Notes: a model not told the origin generated them from the letters alone. A DNA stretch of 62,465 nt, filler included, from 13 parts of 13 records of this genome joined end to end with filler, not necessarily neighbours in it, one strand, 5' to 3'; shown: positions 1 to 11,429, counted from the first letter of the whole stretch. Numbers and translations: made by a program.

Positions 1-118
1 CGCTATCCGCGGAAACCTGACTCCAGTGATCAGAACAGAGTCGCCCGAGCTGGAGGTGATTAAACCGCCACTTTAAAAACTTTTACTGCATCAGCCGCTC
101 AAGGCGCTGCTGGCTTCG

Positions 119-1213
119 ATGCGGCGCGCAGCCAGCATTCTAGGCGTGTTGCTAGCTGGCCTAGCATATACTGACGCGAGCTGTCCATTCGGCAAACTCT
201 CCAAGCGAGCCGCTGCCGGGGGTCCTGATCCAATGATGGCCCGCGCGATCCAGATCGGTGAGCAGGAGTACTGCGGGTTGCCGCACTGCAATCCAGCCAC
301 CGGCCGAAAATTACTGGCTGCCGTCCAGCTGGGCGCCAATGGCTTTCCCACGCTAACGAAGGCAACAGTCAGCAGCATTGAGGCCGACTTTTGCGCGCTG
401 GCCAGCTGCTCCGTGACCGCCGGAGTCTCGAATCGACAACCGGACAATCGGGCCAACGAGGATCTCGCAGACATTACGGCAGGCGCGATCCAGTTGGCTT
501 TCCACGACGCCGGTATTTGCCACATCTCACCCTCGTGACCCGCGTAACCCGACGCTGCAGGCACCTGGGACCCGGCCGCGACCAACAAAGGCGGAATGGA
601 TGGCTGCGCGTGCGACAAAAAGGAGGCCAACAAAGGGCTCGACTATATCAAGAATCTGCTCACTCCGGTCTATAACAAGTATAAGACGAAACTCTCTCTA
701 GCTGATTTCTGGGCGATCTGTGGTAATGCTGCGGTCAAGGCTTCGGTGCCTGCTGCCGACGCGCCACTCTCCATTGGCTTCAAGTATGGACGGGCCGATG
801 TAGATTGCTCGGCTTGTACACTTGCTGTGGCTGACCGGCTGCCAAATGAAAATTTCTCGGCTGATCATGTGATGGCCGTGTTCCGGGATCGGATGGGCTT
901 CACTCAAAAAGAGACAGTGGCCCTAATGGGAGCACACTCACTGGGCAAAATGGAGCCGCACAACACTGGGTAAGCCACCCACTGCTTTCTCTGACGATCT
1001 TGGGGCAGGTACGCTGGAAAGTGGGACCGTACTTTTGCCCAGCTGGACAACATTTACTACCAACAGATCATCAACAAGCCTTGGGAGCGGTTCACGGTGG
1101 ACGAAAAGACCGTAGTCGCCGACAGCACAGGGCGGGAGACAATTGCAACGCTCTCGTTCTGGATGAAGATGCATGGGAGGAGACAGTCCAGCCCATTTGA
1201 ACCCCTTGATTAG
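119..1213 (+). CDS. Secreted heme peroxidase, peroxidase-catalase superfamily (APX/CcP-like)
   Basis: Signal peptide; distal QLAFHDAG|TWD (intron 513-560), LSLADFW, GRAD, proximal LMGAHSLG, then G|YAGKWD..LDNIYY (intron 970-1008). The C-terminus looks short. Confidence 0.85.
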
Positions 1214-1924
1214 TTGCAAGGGCGCCCTATGTGGCCTTGTACAGGCATTTTTGCGAGTGCGGGTTAGTCATCGAGTCATGCGCTTGGTATGCGAACATGA
1301 GGTTTGATATTTTGCAATGTCCATTCATGACAATTTCAACTAAATATTGAAAGGTCAATCATTACATGCGATTGCTCTAGCTCATCACCGGACTCCGGCG
1401 GACTCTATCACCGTGGAGTCTAAGCATGCGCAATCCGCGTGAATCCGGGCATTGCACGCCGTCAGCGCACGCCGCCGTCGCTGAAGCAGCACGGCCATTT
1501 TTGGCCAAATATCAATTCGGTCAATTCCGTGAGTTCGCTAGGTGTTCGAATTATGGTTCAAATTCGAATTACTACCATTGTACATGTACATAGCAGATTA
1601 GTAGCAGATATGTAGCAGACAGCAGCTTGGAAACACGAGTGGTTTCTACAGTACCATGGTTTCTACGTCTAACTAAGCTTAGCTCAACCAACCTATGCTA
1701 TTCGTCGACGTATTGCATGACATTGTTTATTGCATATAGATATCATCATAGCGATGATAATCATTCTAATCATAAATAAAACATACATGGAATCTCACAA
1801 TCATCCGGATAATCATCCGTCCGGATAAGTGTACAATACTCGTACTCCATAAATATTGCCACCTCATGCATGTGCGTGTGCTGAGAGCGTCAGGTCACAA
1901 TGTTCAGGACTCGTCCTCGGCATT

Positions 1925-2807
1925 CTACGGTGCGGGTGCGGGTGCAGGTGCGGGTGGGGTCTCAGGTACAGGTGCCTCCGGCACCACGCCATCGGCAAGT
2001 GCCTTGGCCTGGGCCTCCAGGTCCGCCTTGATCTCGTCACAAGGCCGATCCAAGAAAGTCCAGACAGGGGCCGCCGCGTCCTCAGGCACAACTCCGTTTA
2101 CCAAAGGTTTAGCCAATCCGACCAGCTCGGCCACGATTTCCTCACACGGTCGGTTGCCGAACGACTGCACTTGGGCCTGAACATCAGCCATCAAAGTCTG
2201 CATGTCCAGCCCGGCTTCGGCCGGCGCCACGCCGGAGAGCAAGTCCTGAACCATCTTGGCAGCGTCCCCAGGGACCCCGCCCTGACTCGCCGCCCCCGTG
2301 AGCGCGTCCGCCAGGTTCTGCTTGGTCAGCTCCAGATCGTCTCCCAGCGCCCCAGCCGGTGCGCCGTCGGCCGCTTGCTTGAACAGCCTCGCCAGGTCGC
2401 CGGAAACGCCTTGCTTGCGCTCCATGCGGTCGCCCCAGGCCCTGAATCTGGCCTCTGCGTCGTGCTTGCCTTTCGCCAGGTCGGCCGCGATCACCGGGCG
2501 GGGCGCGCTTGCGGCCACGTCCTGAGCGGTCTTGGCCACGTCTCCGCGGATGCCAGGCTGGCCGGTGGCCCGCTTGATCAAGGATTTGGCGGCGACCTCG
2601 GCGTGGAGCTTGGCAGTCCTCGCGTCTGCCCTGACCACCCGGTTGTTGATCACATCCCGGGCTGTTCTGGAAGCATCTCCCGGTAGGAGTCGAGTTTGTC
2701 CAGCGGTCGAGGCAACCAGTACGAGCGCCGCGAGCGAGAGCGTGAACGTGATCCGGACCTGTCCGCAATACCGGTCAGCAGCCCCGATGGCCAAGCGGCC
2801 GCACCAT
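1925..2807 (-). CDS. Secreted Ala/Pro-rich hypothetical protein
   Basis: ATG (2807-2805) is followed directly by GT-AG intron 2804-2759 with a CTGAC branch site. Splicing gives signal peptide MVRITFTLSLAALVLVASTAG, then an open frame ending in a PAPAPAP tail. Confidence 0.65.
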
Positions 2808-2891
2808 GTGTGATCCGTCTCTCCGCACAAAAGATTTCGTATTCACACCGAATACATAACCGCCACCCTCTGTGAAATCAGGGATTCGGTT

Positions 2892-4420
2892 ATGAATTTG
2901 GGACTCCTCGAAAAGATGCCGCCCTCGCCTCTTGGGGAGGATACACCGCTCTTGCCGGCTGGCGCGGACGAGCTCCGTATCCGCCTGCCGAACCCAATGC
3001 ACGGCAAGCCAGCCCCCATTGGCCTCACTCCGCCCTGCCTCGGCCCAAGCAAAAGCAGCCCACCCAGCCAGTGGAGGACGATGAAGTCTCGTCGGCGCGG
3101 GGCCCGGCTACTGATAACCGGCCCGAACGGCGCGGGCAAGAGCTACTTTCTGCGACAGCTCGTCGCTGAGATGCGGCGGAAACACCCAGAGGGGGTGCAC
3201 CTGCACATCGGGCCGAGCTGGATAGTTGAGCCCTTCTACGTGGCGCCGCTCACCAGGGATCAGCTGCCAGAGTACGTCTTCGGCGGGCAGGACCCTTTCG
3301 GGCGACCTGTGCACGGGCTATCGCGAGGGAATCAGATGCTCGTGCTGCTCGCCGAGATGCTCGAGTCGGTCAACAAGTATTACCTAGATCGGCCGGTCCT
3401 GCTCACATTCGACGAGACGTTTGGCTCGCTGGACGCTGCCCGAGCGGCAGAAGTCGGCCAGTTGCTCCAGGAGGCCTCGAAGGGCCAGGTTAATATGGCC
3501 ATCATCAGCCACGACCCGCGGATGATCGCTCAGTACGGTGACCCGTCGAGCGGATGGGATGTGCTGCACATAGTGGACCAGAAAGTGTTGTGTGCCGGGA
3601 GCGAATGTAGCAATTCTGAGATCCCCTCCATAATCGAGTTCGCGGGGTCTACCAGCACTGTCCCACAGCTACACCACGCCATCGCTGTAGACGTGAGGTC
3701 CACCCAGAAGCCGTCGCTACTGCACCGGAAGCTGCATCTGCTGCTGGTGTTGGCCTGCGAACCCCTGAGATATCTTGTCACCTACATTACGATTCTGGCG
3801 ATGGACAACGGCAATGACTGCCACAGCAAGGCTAGAAACAACAAGTCGCTATGCGTCTTCATGATTTTCTTTTTCCAGATGAGCAACCAGCCCCTGATCC
3901 CTTTCATGTACATAATAGCTTGAATTGAGTCTGCCGCTGACTGAAAGCCAGGTATCGCAACAAAATCAGTTGGCGCCAAAAGGTCTCCCGCACCGGCACC
4001 GTTTTCCAACCAAGCAACATCCTGGTCGTCGCTGAGCTCATGTGCGCTTGCCTACTTCTCGCAGTGGTGTATCTTCTCGTGTTCCAGTACTGCTGGGATC
4101 CTGGCTGTTGGGAGCCAATATCTCTGTTTCCTGCGTATTGGTACATGGCCTCAATCGGTTTTATCTTAACGCCGATTATGGGCTGGTTTTCCTTGGCATT
4201 GATGGTGCTTGAGATCTTCCTGGTCTTCACGTTCAACGGCGAGGCGCCTTTGCTGACTAGTAGCTCTGTTGAAGCCTTATCGTGGGTATCTGTGACTACC
4301 GCAAGTCTAAATAGCGGTCATGCAGCCCAAGCTTATGTAATTGCAACCGTCGGGTTTGTTGCTTGTTGTCTAGTCGGATTTTGGGATGTCACGCGTGGTG
4401 AGATGCTGGGCGGTTCATAA
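2892..4420 (+). CDS. Divergent ABC-type ATPase with C-terminal membrane domain
   Basis: Walker A GPNGAGKS, degenerate signature LSRGN, Walker B/D-loop LLTFDETFGSLD, H-loop IISHD. Intron 3908-3951 joins it in frame to the hydrophobic ORF 4040-4420. Confidence 0.6.
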
Positions 4421-4556
4421 GTACAGTAATTAATTAAGTCACTGTTGACAAAGAATATTTCAGCTGGGTAACTAGAAGCCTGCTAGGCTGAGTAAAGAAG
4501 GTCACACTACTCTGTGGGCTTCGATTTTAAAATCATAATAAAGTACTAGCGTGTTG

Positions 4557-5637
4557 TTATGTATCTTCAAACATTTGTAAATTCGCCCAGTATTCTGAGG
4601 AAGGGAAGCTATCGTCCAGCGTCATGTCATGATCATCATGTAGTCGATGTACTTTAGACTCATCTGGGCTCGACAAATACCAATCAAATGCTGAGGACAC
4701 CCGACCACATCTGGTCAGCCCATGCTCATTAAATTCTGCTCGTGTGGTCCACTCAGTTGATCCCATACACCCTACAATCGAAGCGCCTACCGAAGGCATG
4801 GAAGAATCGGGCCCAGCTATGTATGAGTCCATCTCGCTTTCTGCAATCACTGTAACATCGCACTCGTTAGTCCTGTCCCATGCTCTCGCTTTTCCTACTG
4901 TCAGGCGAGAGTACTGATGTTTGAGTGCTGTGATTGTCTGAGCCACAAAACCTTGCGCATACGTCGGTCCGCCATACACCACAACAGCACCAAGTAGCTG
5001 CTTAGCCACCAGCTGCTTCCGCTCGGCTAGCGCCACTCCTTGGGCCAGCACATCCATTGCTGTGTGCGCCAGCACCGCCGCCCCATCTGGCAGCACGAGC
5101 CCGTCAGCATCGACACCTCGCCCGACCGGCAGGTCGCGCGCCCCGAACTCGAGGTAGCGCGCGCTGCCTTTAGCACAGTTCTGCATGTTATAACCATCAC
5201 AGAAGCAGCTGAGCTGTATGAGGCCTTGGCCGACTCCGATCGCCGCAAAGTTGCGCTTGCCGGCGGCCACCCCAGCGAAGCTACCCTGACTGCCCAGAAT
5301 TACTCTGTCCTGCCCCATTGACTCGAACAGCATCTCGTACAACGGCTCGAGCGCAGAAGCCCCGGGCAGCCCATGGGCTAGCACAACAGCATTCACTTCA
5401 TCCTCCAGCGGGCGGCCTTCGAAGCAAGCCTTGAGCCCGTCGCTCAGCCGGCTTTGCAGCTGGTCTGCGTCCGTGATCCGGCCGCGTGAGTACCCTGCCG
5501 ACGGCTTGCAGAAGCAGCAGTCGTACTCGCCCTCGTCTTGGACCTCACCCGCGCGTAGTCGCCACTCCCCCAGATCAACAGCCACGAACGTCTCGTCATT
5601 GCACGTCCCGGACGAGTATATGTCGTCATCATCGTCG
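4557..5637 (-). CDS. Highly divergent actin-like protein (5' partial)
   Basis: Actin-fold motifs in the expected order: VAVDLGEWRLRAG, EMLFE, GVGQG..CFCDGY, LPDG, VVVYGGPT, VGASIVG, WTTRAEFNEHG. The frame is open to the contig edge. Confidence 0.75.
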
Positions 5638-5737
5638 NNNNNNNNNNNNNNNNNNNNNNNNNNNNNNNNNNNNNNNNNNNNTTAATTAATTAANNNNNNN
5701 NNNNNNNNNNNNNNNNNNNNNNNNNNNNNNNNNNNNN
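5638..5737. other. Artificial contig spacer
   Basis: 44 N + TTAATTAATTAA (stop codons in all six frames) + 44 N. Confidence 0.98.
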
Positions 5738-5770
5738 GGGTGTGACAAAATTGAAGACTGGCGCGAAACG

Positions 5771-6463
5771 ATGCTGTGCCTCCTGTGCAGCGCTCCCGAC
5801 GAGGGAGCCGTGCTGCAGCGACCGACAATCCACGGCAAGATGTTTAAACGGAGCGGCTCCCTGCTCGCCCCCCGCTGGCGGCTGTACTGCTTCGAGCTGG
5901 CCCACTCCGGTGTGCGGCCCACCGCTCGACTTAATGAGCGCGCCCGGTCAGCTGGCCGATACCACCTGCACTACGCGGAGGACGAGCCGGATTTCGAGGC
6001 GGCGCCAGCCAAGCGGCGGATGCGGCTGGACCACGCGCTGGAGGTCCAGCTGCCGGGCGGGCAGGCCGCGGCCCCATCTCCGCACGGGCTGCGGCTGAGC
6101 CAGGCTGGGGTGTCGTGGGAGCTGTGCTGTATGTCGCAGCAGGAGCTCGGGATGTGGCAGTCGGTGCTCACGCGGGCCAAACGGCCAAAGTGGCGCGAGG
6201 AGAGCTGCCAACAGTGCGCCTTCTGTCAGGCCAAGTTCAACCTGTTCAACAGACAGGCAGCCCACCGGCCGGCTGCTCGCCTGAGCCGGCTGCCCGGCAG
6301 CACCACTGTCGGCGATGCGGGGAGGTGTGCTGCGCTGACTGTTCGGCCGACGCGCTGCAGAGGGTGCCTGCAGGGGGGTGGGGGGTGGGCTCAGGGGGTG
6401 GGGCAGCCGCTGCCGGAGCTGGGGTACTTTGACCCGGTGCGGATATGCAAAGTGTGTTGCTAA
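5771..6463 (+). CDS. PH- and FYVE-domain protein
   Basis: PH-like GKMFKR..WRLYCFEL..LGMWQSVL. FYVE CAFCQAKFNLFNRQ|HHCRRCGEVCC..VRICKVC is restored by introns 6257-6300 (GC-AG) and 6364-6406. Confidence 0.8.
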   Translation: MLCLLCSAPDEGAVLQRPTIHGKMFKRSGSLLAPRWRLYCFELAHSGVRPTARLNERARSAGRYHLHYAEDEPDFEAAPAKRRMRLDHALEVQLPGGQAAAPSPHGLRLSQAGVSWELCCMSQQELGMWQSVLTRAKRPKWREESCQQCAFCQAKFNLFNRQAAHRPAARLSRLPGSTTVGDAGRCAALTVRPTRCRGCLQGGGGWAQGVGQPLPELGYFDPVRICKVCC

Positions 6464-6550
6464 GCCGCCGCCTTGGAAACAAGTAAACGCTGTACATTAT
6501 ATATATTAGTATATTTCACCGCGTGCGTAATCGATTAGTATATATAGCCG

Positions 6551-8974
6551 CTATTTCTTAAAGCTCTTGGTCTTGCCAGACCCCCCGAGCAGCGTGGCGA
6601 TCCCTCCATACACCGAAGAGCCCATCCCATCAGCCCGACCATGCGCCGAGCACTGCGCCCGCCTGTGCGCCGCCTCGAGCGCGGTCTCGCCCTGCTTGTC
6701 CCGCAGCCCCCGGTCGGCCCCCTCGCCCAGCAGCCAGCCCACCGCGCTGTGCTTTCCGTTGAGAGCCGCCCAGTACAGCCCACTCCTCCCCCAGCCGTCC
6801 CGCGCATCGATCTGTGCCCCCGCCTCGAGCAGCGCCGCACACACCCGACCGCTCGCCCCGTGCCGCGCCGCATAGTGCAGCGCGGTCTGCCGGTCATCAT
6901 CCAGCGCCCCGGGCCGGGCTTTGGCGTCCAACAGTTGGCGGACCACTGGCTCACAACCGGCACCTGCTGCAAGGTGCAGCGCAGTCGCCCGGTGAGGGTT
7001 AGCGGCCTTCGGACTTGCCCCAGCCTCCAGCAGCAGCCTGGCCGCCTCCACCCGCCCGTTGGCAGCGCTGGCCAGCAGCCCGAGGTCCAGATCATCCGGC
7101 CACTTCGCAATGGCCAGCCGGAGCAGCCAGCACTCCCCGCACCCAGCCAGCTTGGCCAGCATTCGACTAGGCTCAGCACCCTCCGGGGCGGCCGCCGTCG
7201 GCGGCTGGTCGGGCATCAACGGCTCAACCAACCGGGCGAATTCGGCGAGCACAGGCCGCTCGAGCAGCTGAGCCGGCCGGAGGGCCCAGCCTAATCCAAA
7301 CGGATCGCTCGTTGGTGGCGGATGCCCGAGCCGTGCGAGCAGCCAGCCGCAAACCCTCAGAGCGGCCAAGGAGTCGCCGCCCAGCGCCACAAAGTGGTCA
7401 TCCGGTCTATCCGGCGGCGCCCCGAGGACCTCTGCCCAGCCCTGGCGGACTAGCAGCTCGGCAGGGCCCCAACAATGGCTCGACTCGCACTCTTCCACCG
7501 GCAGAAGCTCCGGCAGCGCCGCCCTCCAGAGCTTAGCGTTCCTACGATGGTGTGAGCCGCAGGGCCGCCCAGGGCGCACCGGGAGGGCAGCTCGGGAACC
7601 GCTAGCCAGCGGGTGGGGATCATGTAATACGGCAGCAAGCTCCGGGCGTGTGGCGGGAGCAGTGCAGCGAGCGCGGGCTCAAGCTCCGTAGAGCACACCA
7701 CTAGGCCGATCAGGCTGGGCGGCTGCCAGAGCACCGCCACCTCGACTCCGAGCCATCCGGCCAGCGCGGCCTCGATCTCGCGCAGATCCACCCGCCGGCC
7801 GGCCAGTTTGACCTGTTTCCAGTCACTCTCGTGGCGTGCAGGGGCTCACTACCTGGGTATCCCGACGGCCTGCGAACTGCCACCCAGCCTGCTTGCGCAC
7901 CCACAAGTCGCCGGTCCGGAACGCGCGGTCAGGCCGTCGCTCGGTGGGTGGGAGAAAGCTGCTGGCGGTTAAATTAGGCCTATTCAGGTAGCCTATCGCC
8001 AGCTGTGGTCCAGAGATGAGGAGCTCGCCCTTTGATTCGGCTGGAGCCAGCGAGCTCGGGCAGACAAACTGGAGCTTGCAACGGCCGAGCGGGTCCCCGA
8101 GCAGCAAGCAGTCGGCCGGTGAACCCACTCGCCGGGAGGCTTGGTACACGGCGCACTCTGTGAGCCCATAAAGGTTGTACAGCTCCACACTCGGCTGCTC
8201 AGCAAGCCACGCCTCCGCCCCAGGCTTACCCATCGGCTCCCCTCCCCACTGGACGGTCCTCAGACTGTGCCCGAACCGGCCGGGCGCCCCGCCGGCGAGC
8301 ATCCTGGGCGTGCTCAGCAGCAGGCTCGCACGCTCGGAGCGGACCAATTCCGGTAATTGCCCAAGCAGCCGTGCCCAGCCTGGTACCACCAGCGTGCACC
8401 CAGCCGCCTGCGCGCAGAGCAGGTCGCCTATCCACGGGTCGAACCCGGCAGCCGACCCGATCATCATTACGTCCGCAGCTGTGATCCGGTGGGCTGCCGT
8501 GCGGCCCTGCGCGTAGCTGGCAAGTGCCTCCCGGCTGACCACGCAGCCCTTGGGCCGGCCCGATGAGCCGGAGGTGTAGAATATGTGCGCCGGCCGGTCG
8601 AGCGGCACCGGCGCCAGCTCGGCGCCCGAGGGTGCACCGGCCAGCACCGCCGGCCAGGCGAGCCCCTCTGTCGGACCCTCCGCCAGCCGGAGCACCAGGG
8701 TGGGCTTGAGGTCGTCGAGCACCAACGGCAGCCGCGGGTCTGTCGGGTCGAGCGGGCAGAGCGCCAGCCCAGCCGCCAGCAGCCCCAGCTCGGCCAGAGC
8801 CAGCCCCACCCCGCCGTCGGCCAGCACCGCCACAGGCCCGGCCCCGGCGCGCTCGGCCAGCGCCGACGCCAGCGCCCGGACCAGGGGGGCGAGCCCTCCA
8901 GCCGACAGCTGGAGCCCCCCCGGCGCCCGCAGCGCCACCGCCTCCTGCCGGCCCGAGCCCCAGCCGTCGGGCCA
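6551..8974 (-). CDS. NRPS-like protein: adenylation + thiolation (PCP) + ankyrin repeats (5' partial)
   Basis: A-domain motifs FYTSGSSGRPKG, NLYGLTE, GYL, FRTGDL, GRRDTQ|VKLAGRRVDLREIE (intron 7852-7813), LPSR|NAKL (intron 7579-7542). PCP motif DHFVALGGDSL. Ankyrin motifs TALHLAA, TALHYAA, GRSGLYWAA, GETALEAA. Confidence 0.9.
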
Positions 8975-9074
8975 NNNNNNNNNNNNNNNNNNNNNNNNNN
9001 NNNNNNNNNNNNNNNNNNTTAATTAATTAANNNNNNNNNNNNNNNNNNNNNNNNNNNNNNNNNNNNNNNNNNNN
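8975..9074. other. Artificial contig spacer
   Basis: Same 100-nt N/TTAATTAATTAA linker. Confidence 0.98.
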
Positions 9075-9197
9075 AAATCTAAATAAAGCTGAGATGAACG
9101 CCTAGTGTTATACAATATTTATTTAGCACTGCGTCGCTGCGTAGCCACGCGTGGCATGCATTTAATTAACTTAAGAGCACAGGTCCGTAAGATGAGC

Positions 9198-10151
9198 TCA
9201 GCCCGATTCATCCCCACCGTCCGAGTCAGCTTCTGGATCGAACCGGCAGAGCTCCTGCACCAGCAGCACCACCGCTGTTATATTATCCTGGCTGCCTTTC
9301 CTGCGCGCCATCCCGACCAACCGCTCAGCACAAACATTGAGCGACTTGGCCAGCCGCAGGTCCTTAAGCACGCTGTTCACCGCCATCTTGTTGGTCACCA
9401 CGTCCCACAGCCCGTCCGATCCCACCACCACGAACAAGTCCTCCGGCTGCACTTCGTATTCGAGCAGCTCCGGCTCGCTCCCGACCTCGGGCTTGAGCTC
9501 AAGGTCCCCCAGAGCCCGAGCGACCGCCAGCACGCCGTTCACCCGGGAGCAACCGATGTCCCGGATCACCCGCCCCCCGCGCGCCTCCACCATCCGCCTC
9601 TCGCGTGGGTGCTGCGGCTTGTGGTCCACCGTCAGCGCCACCGGCTCCCCCTTCCTGCACAGAACCGCTCGCGAATCGCCAAGATTGGCCGAGAGCAACC
9701 GCCACGGCTCGGCCCGGGTGTCCAGCCAGACTGTGCAGGCGGTGCTCCCGTCCGGCATCCGGAGCCGCCGGGCGTCCGTCAGAAACTTGGCTTCCACCTG
9801 ATCAAACCCGGCCCGGACTGGCTCGTCGAGCGGCTCCCGCCCGAACCCTGGGGCGGCTTGGACCAGTCCACAGAGCGACCGGGCGGCCAGCCGGGCACAT
9901 CTGCGACCGGCGTGCCCGTCGAACACCCCGACGAAGTGGATTGGAAGCCCTGCGACCCCGAGCTCGATGGCCAGCTCGTCCTCCATGTACGGCCGGCCGC
10001 CCTGGGTCCAGTGGGCGCCCACCAGCGGCCGGAGCCCCGGCAGGTTGCGGTGGCCCGGCCCGGGCAGCAGCTTCAAGTCGCACGGGCACACCCGCAGCCA
10101 CGACCCGGCCGGCCCGGACTCAGAGCCCCCCTCCCCAGGGCTCGCGTCCAT
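9198..10151 (-). CDS. PP2C/PPM-type Ser/Thr protein phosphatase
   Basis: GGRPYMED, VFDGHAG, NLGDSRAVL, DHKP, LAVARALGD, SDGLWDV, SQDNIT. Confidence 0.93.
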   Translation of the reverse strand: MDASPGEGGSESGPAGSWLRVCPCDLKLLPGPGHRNLPGLRPLVGAHWTQGGRPYMEDELAIELGVAGLPIHFVGVFDGHAGRRCARLAARSLCGLVQAAPGFGREPLDEPVRAGFDQVEAKFLTDARRLRMPDGSTACTVWLDTRAEPWRLLSANLGDSRAVLCRKGEPVALTVDHKPQHPRERRMVEARGGRVIRDIGCSRVNGVLAVARALGDLELKPEVGSEPELLEYEVQPEDLFVVVGSDGLWDVVTNKMAVNSVLKDLRLAKSLNVCAERLVGMARRKGSQDNITAVVLLVQELCRFDPEADSDGGDESG

Positions 10152-10267
10152 GAGAGACGGTGCAGCTTTTTTTCGGCGGGGCGCCACCGGCACGGCACCG
10201 GGCGGCAGCGGAGAGCATTGCGCTGCCCCCGGCGGCGCTAAGGAGTCTCTCCGCGTCCAGCACCGGG

Positions 10268-11218
10268 ATGGCGAAGGCGGCCTCGCTGCTGGTGGCGCTT
10301 TTGATGTTCCCGCTCAACCAGATCTTCGGCTGCTTGGCGGCGCTCGTAGGGCTGCTCTGGCTCGGCTCGCCTGCCGTCCGGGCCGGGCTGCTGGTGTACC
10401 TAGTGTGGATGCTTTGGCTGGACCCCTGGCCCGGCCGGGGCGGCTACCCGTGCTGGCGGCTCACCGAGCGGCTGCGGGACCTCTGGATCTGGCGGGCGGC
10501 GGCTGACTACTTCCCCCAGCGGCTGGTACGCACCGCGCCGCTGGAGCCCGGGCCGGCGCACATCTTCGTGTGCCACCCGCATGGGATCATGGGCTGCGCG
10601 ATCATGGGCTCGTTCGGGACCAACGCCACCGGCTTCCGCGATAAATTCCCCGGGGTGCGGGTGCACCTGCTGGGGCACAGCGCTATATTCAGGATTCCGT
10701 TCTTTAGGGAATGGTGCCTGCTGCACGGGCACGGCAGCGTGTCGCGCAGCACCTGCGATCACCTGCTCTCACGCGGAGATAGCATCGCGCTGGCCCCCGG
10801 CGGCGCCAAGGAGTCGCTGCACGCCTCGCCGGGGCGGATGAGCCTGATCTTGAAGCAGCGTAAAGGGTTTGCCAGACTGGCATGCACGCACGGCGCCAGC
10901 CTAGTACCGGTGCTTAGCTTTGGAGAGAACGAGCTGTACAGATTCGTCGACCCGGCCCCCGACTCTTGGCTCCGGGCCGGGCAGGAGGCCCTCCAGCGCG
11001 TGCTAGGGTTCGCCCTGCCGTTGTTCTGCGGCCGGTCATTCGCTCCGCTGCTTCCGCTGCCGGGCGCGCTGACCACTGTCGTGGGGAAGCCTTTGTCTGT
11101 GGCCAAGGGCGCGGATGTGGATGAGGTGCACCAACGGTACATTGCGGCGCTCCAGGCGCTGTATGCGGAGCATAGAGAGGGCCACGGCTATGCGGACGCG
11201 GAGCTTAGGCTTCTGTGA
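10268..11218 (+). CDS. DGAT2: Diacylglycerol/monoacylglycerol acyltransferase, DGAT2 family
   Basis: N-terminal TM segments, DYFP, HPHG, PGGAKES, RKGF..A...GASLVPV.SFGENE. Confidence 0.9.
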   Translation: MAKAASLLVALLMFPLNQIFGCLAALVGLLWLGSPAVRAGLLVYLVWMLWLDPWPGRGGYPCWRLTERLRDLWIWRAAADYFPQRLVRTAPLEPGPAHIFVCHPHGIMGCAIMGSFGTNATGFRDKFPGVRVHLLGHSAIFRIPFFREWCLLHGHGSVSRSTCDHLLSRGDSIALAPGGAKESLHASPGRMSLILKQRKGFARLACTHGASLVPVLSFGENELYRFVDPAPDSWLRAGQEALQRVLGFALPLFCGRSFAPLLPLPGALTTVVGKPLSVAKGADVDEVHQRYIAALQALYAEHREGHGYADAELRLL

Positions 11219-11429
11219 GGGCAGTTTGATCGTTCTAAGGTGATTCAAAGGCGAGCCTCCAAGGATCAGTGTACAATCGAGCAGAGTATACGCGACTCTG
11301 CATTGTTTCAGGACGGGCATGATCTTTATACGTACTGGTATCGTAAAAGTGGACCCACTTAAGATTGCACCATGCGTTTACGTACAAACCATGGTAACAT
11401 TACATGTACGAGTGCTAATTCACCCCCCC

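Noticed and set aside
1214..1860. MITE or Helitron remnant in a long spacer with small hairpins and short repeats
   Set aside because: No convincing terminal repeats, target-site duplication or second copy in the window.
9105..10241. Long antisense or overlapping ORFs (also 42708-43871, 50701-51597 and many others)
   Set aside because: Shadow ORFs expected opposite GC-rich coding sequence; no recognisable motifs.
5738..11218. Biosynthetic gene cluster around the NRPS-like gene
   Set aside because: The only gene on the same contig is a PH-FYVE protein; PP2C and DGAT2 lie across a linker.
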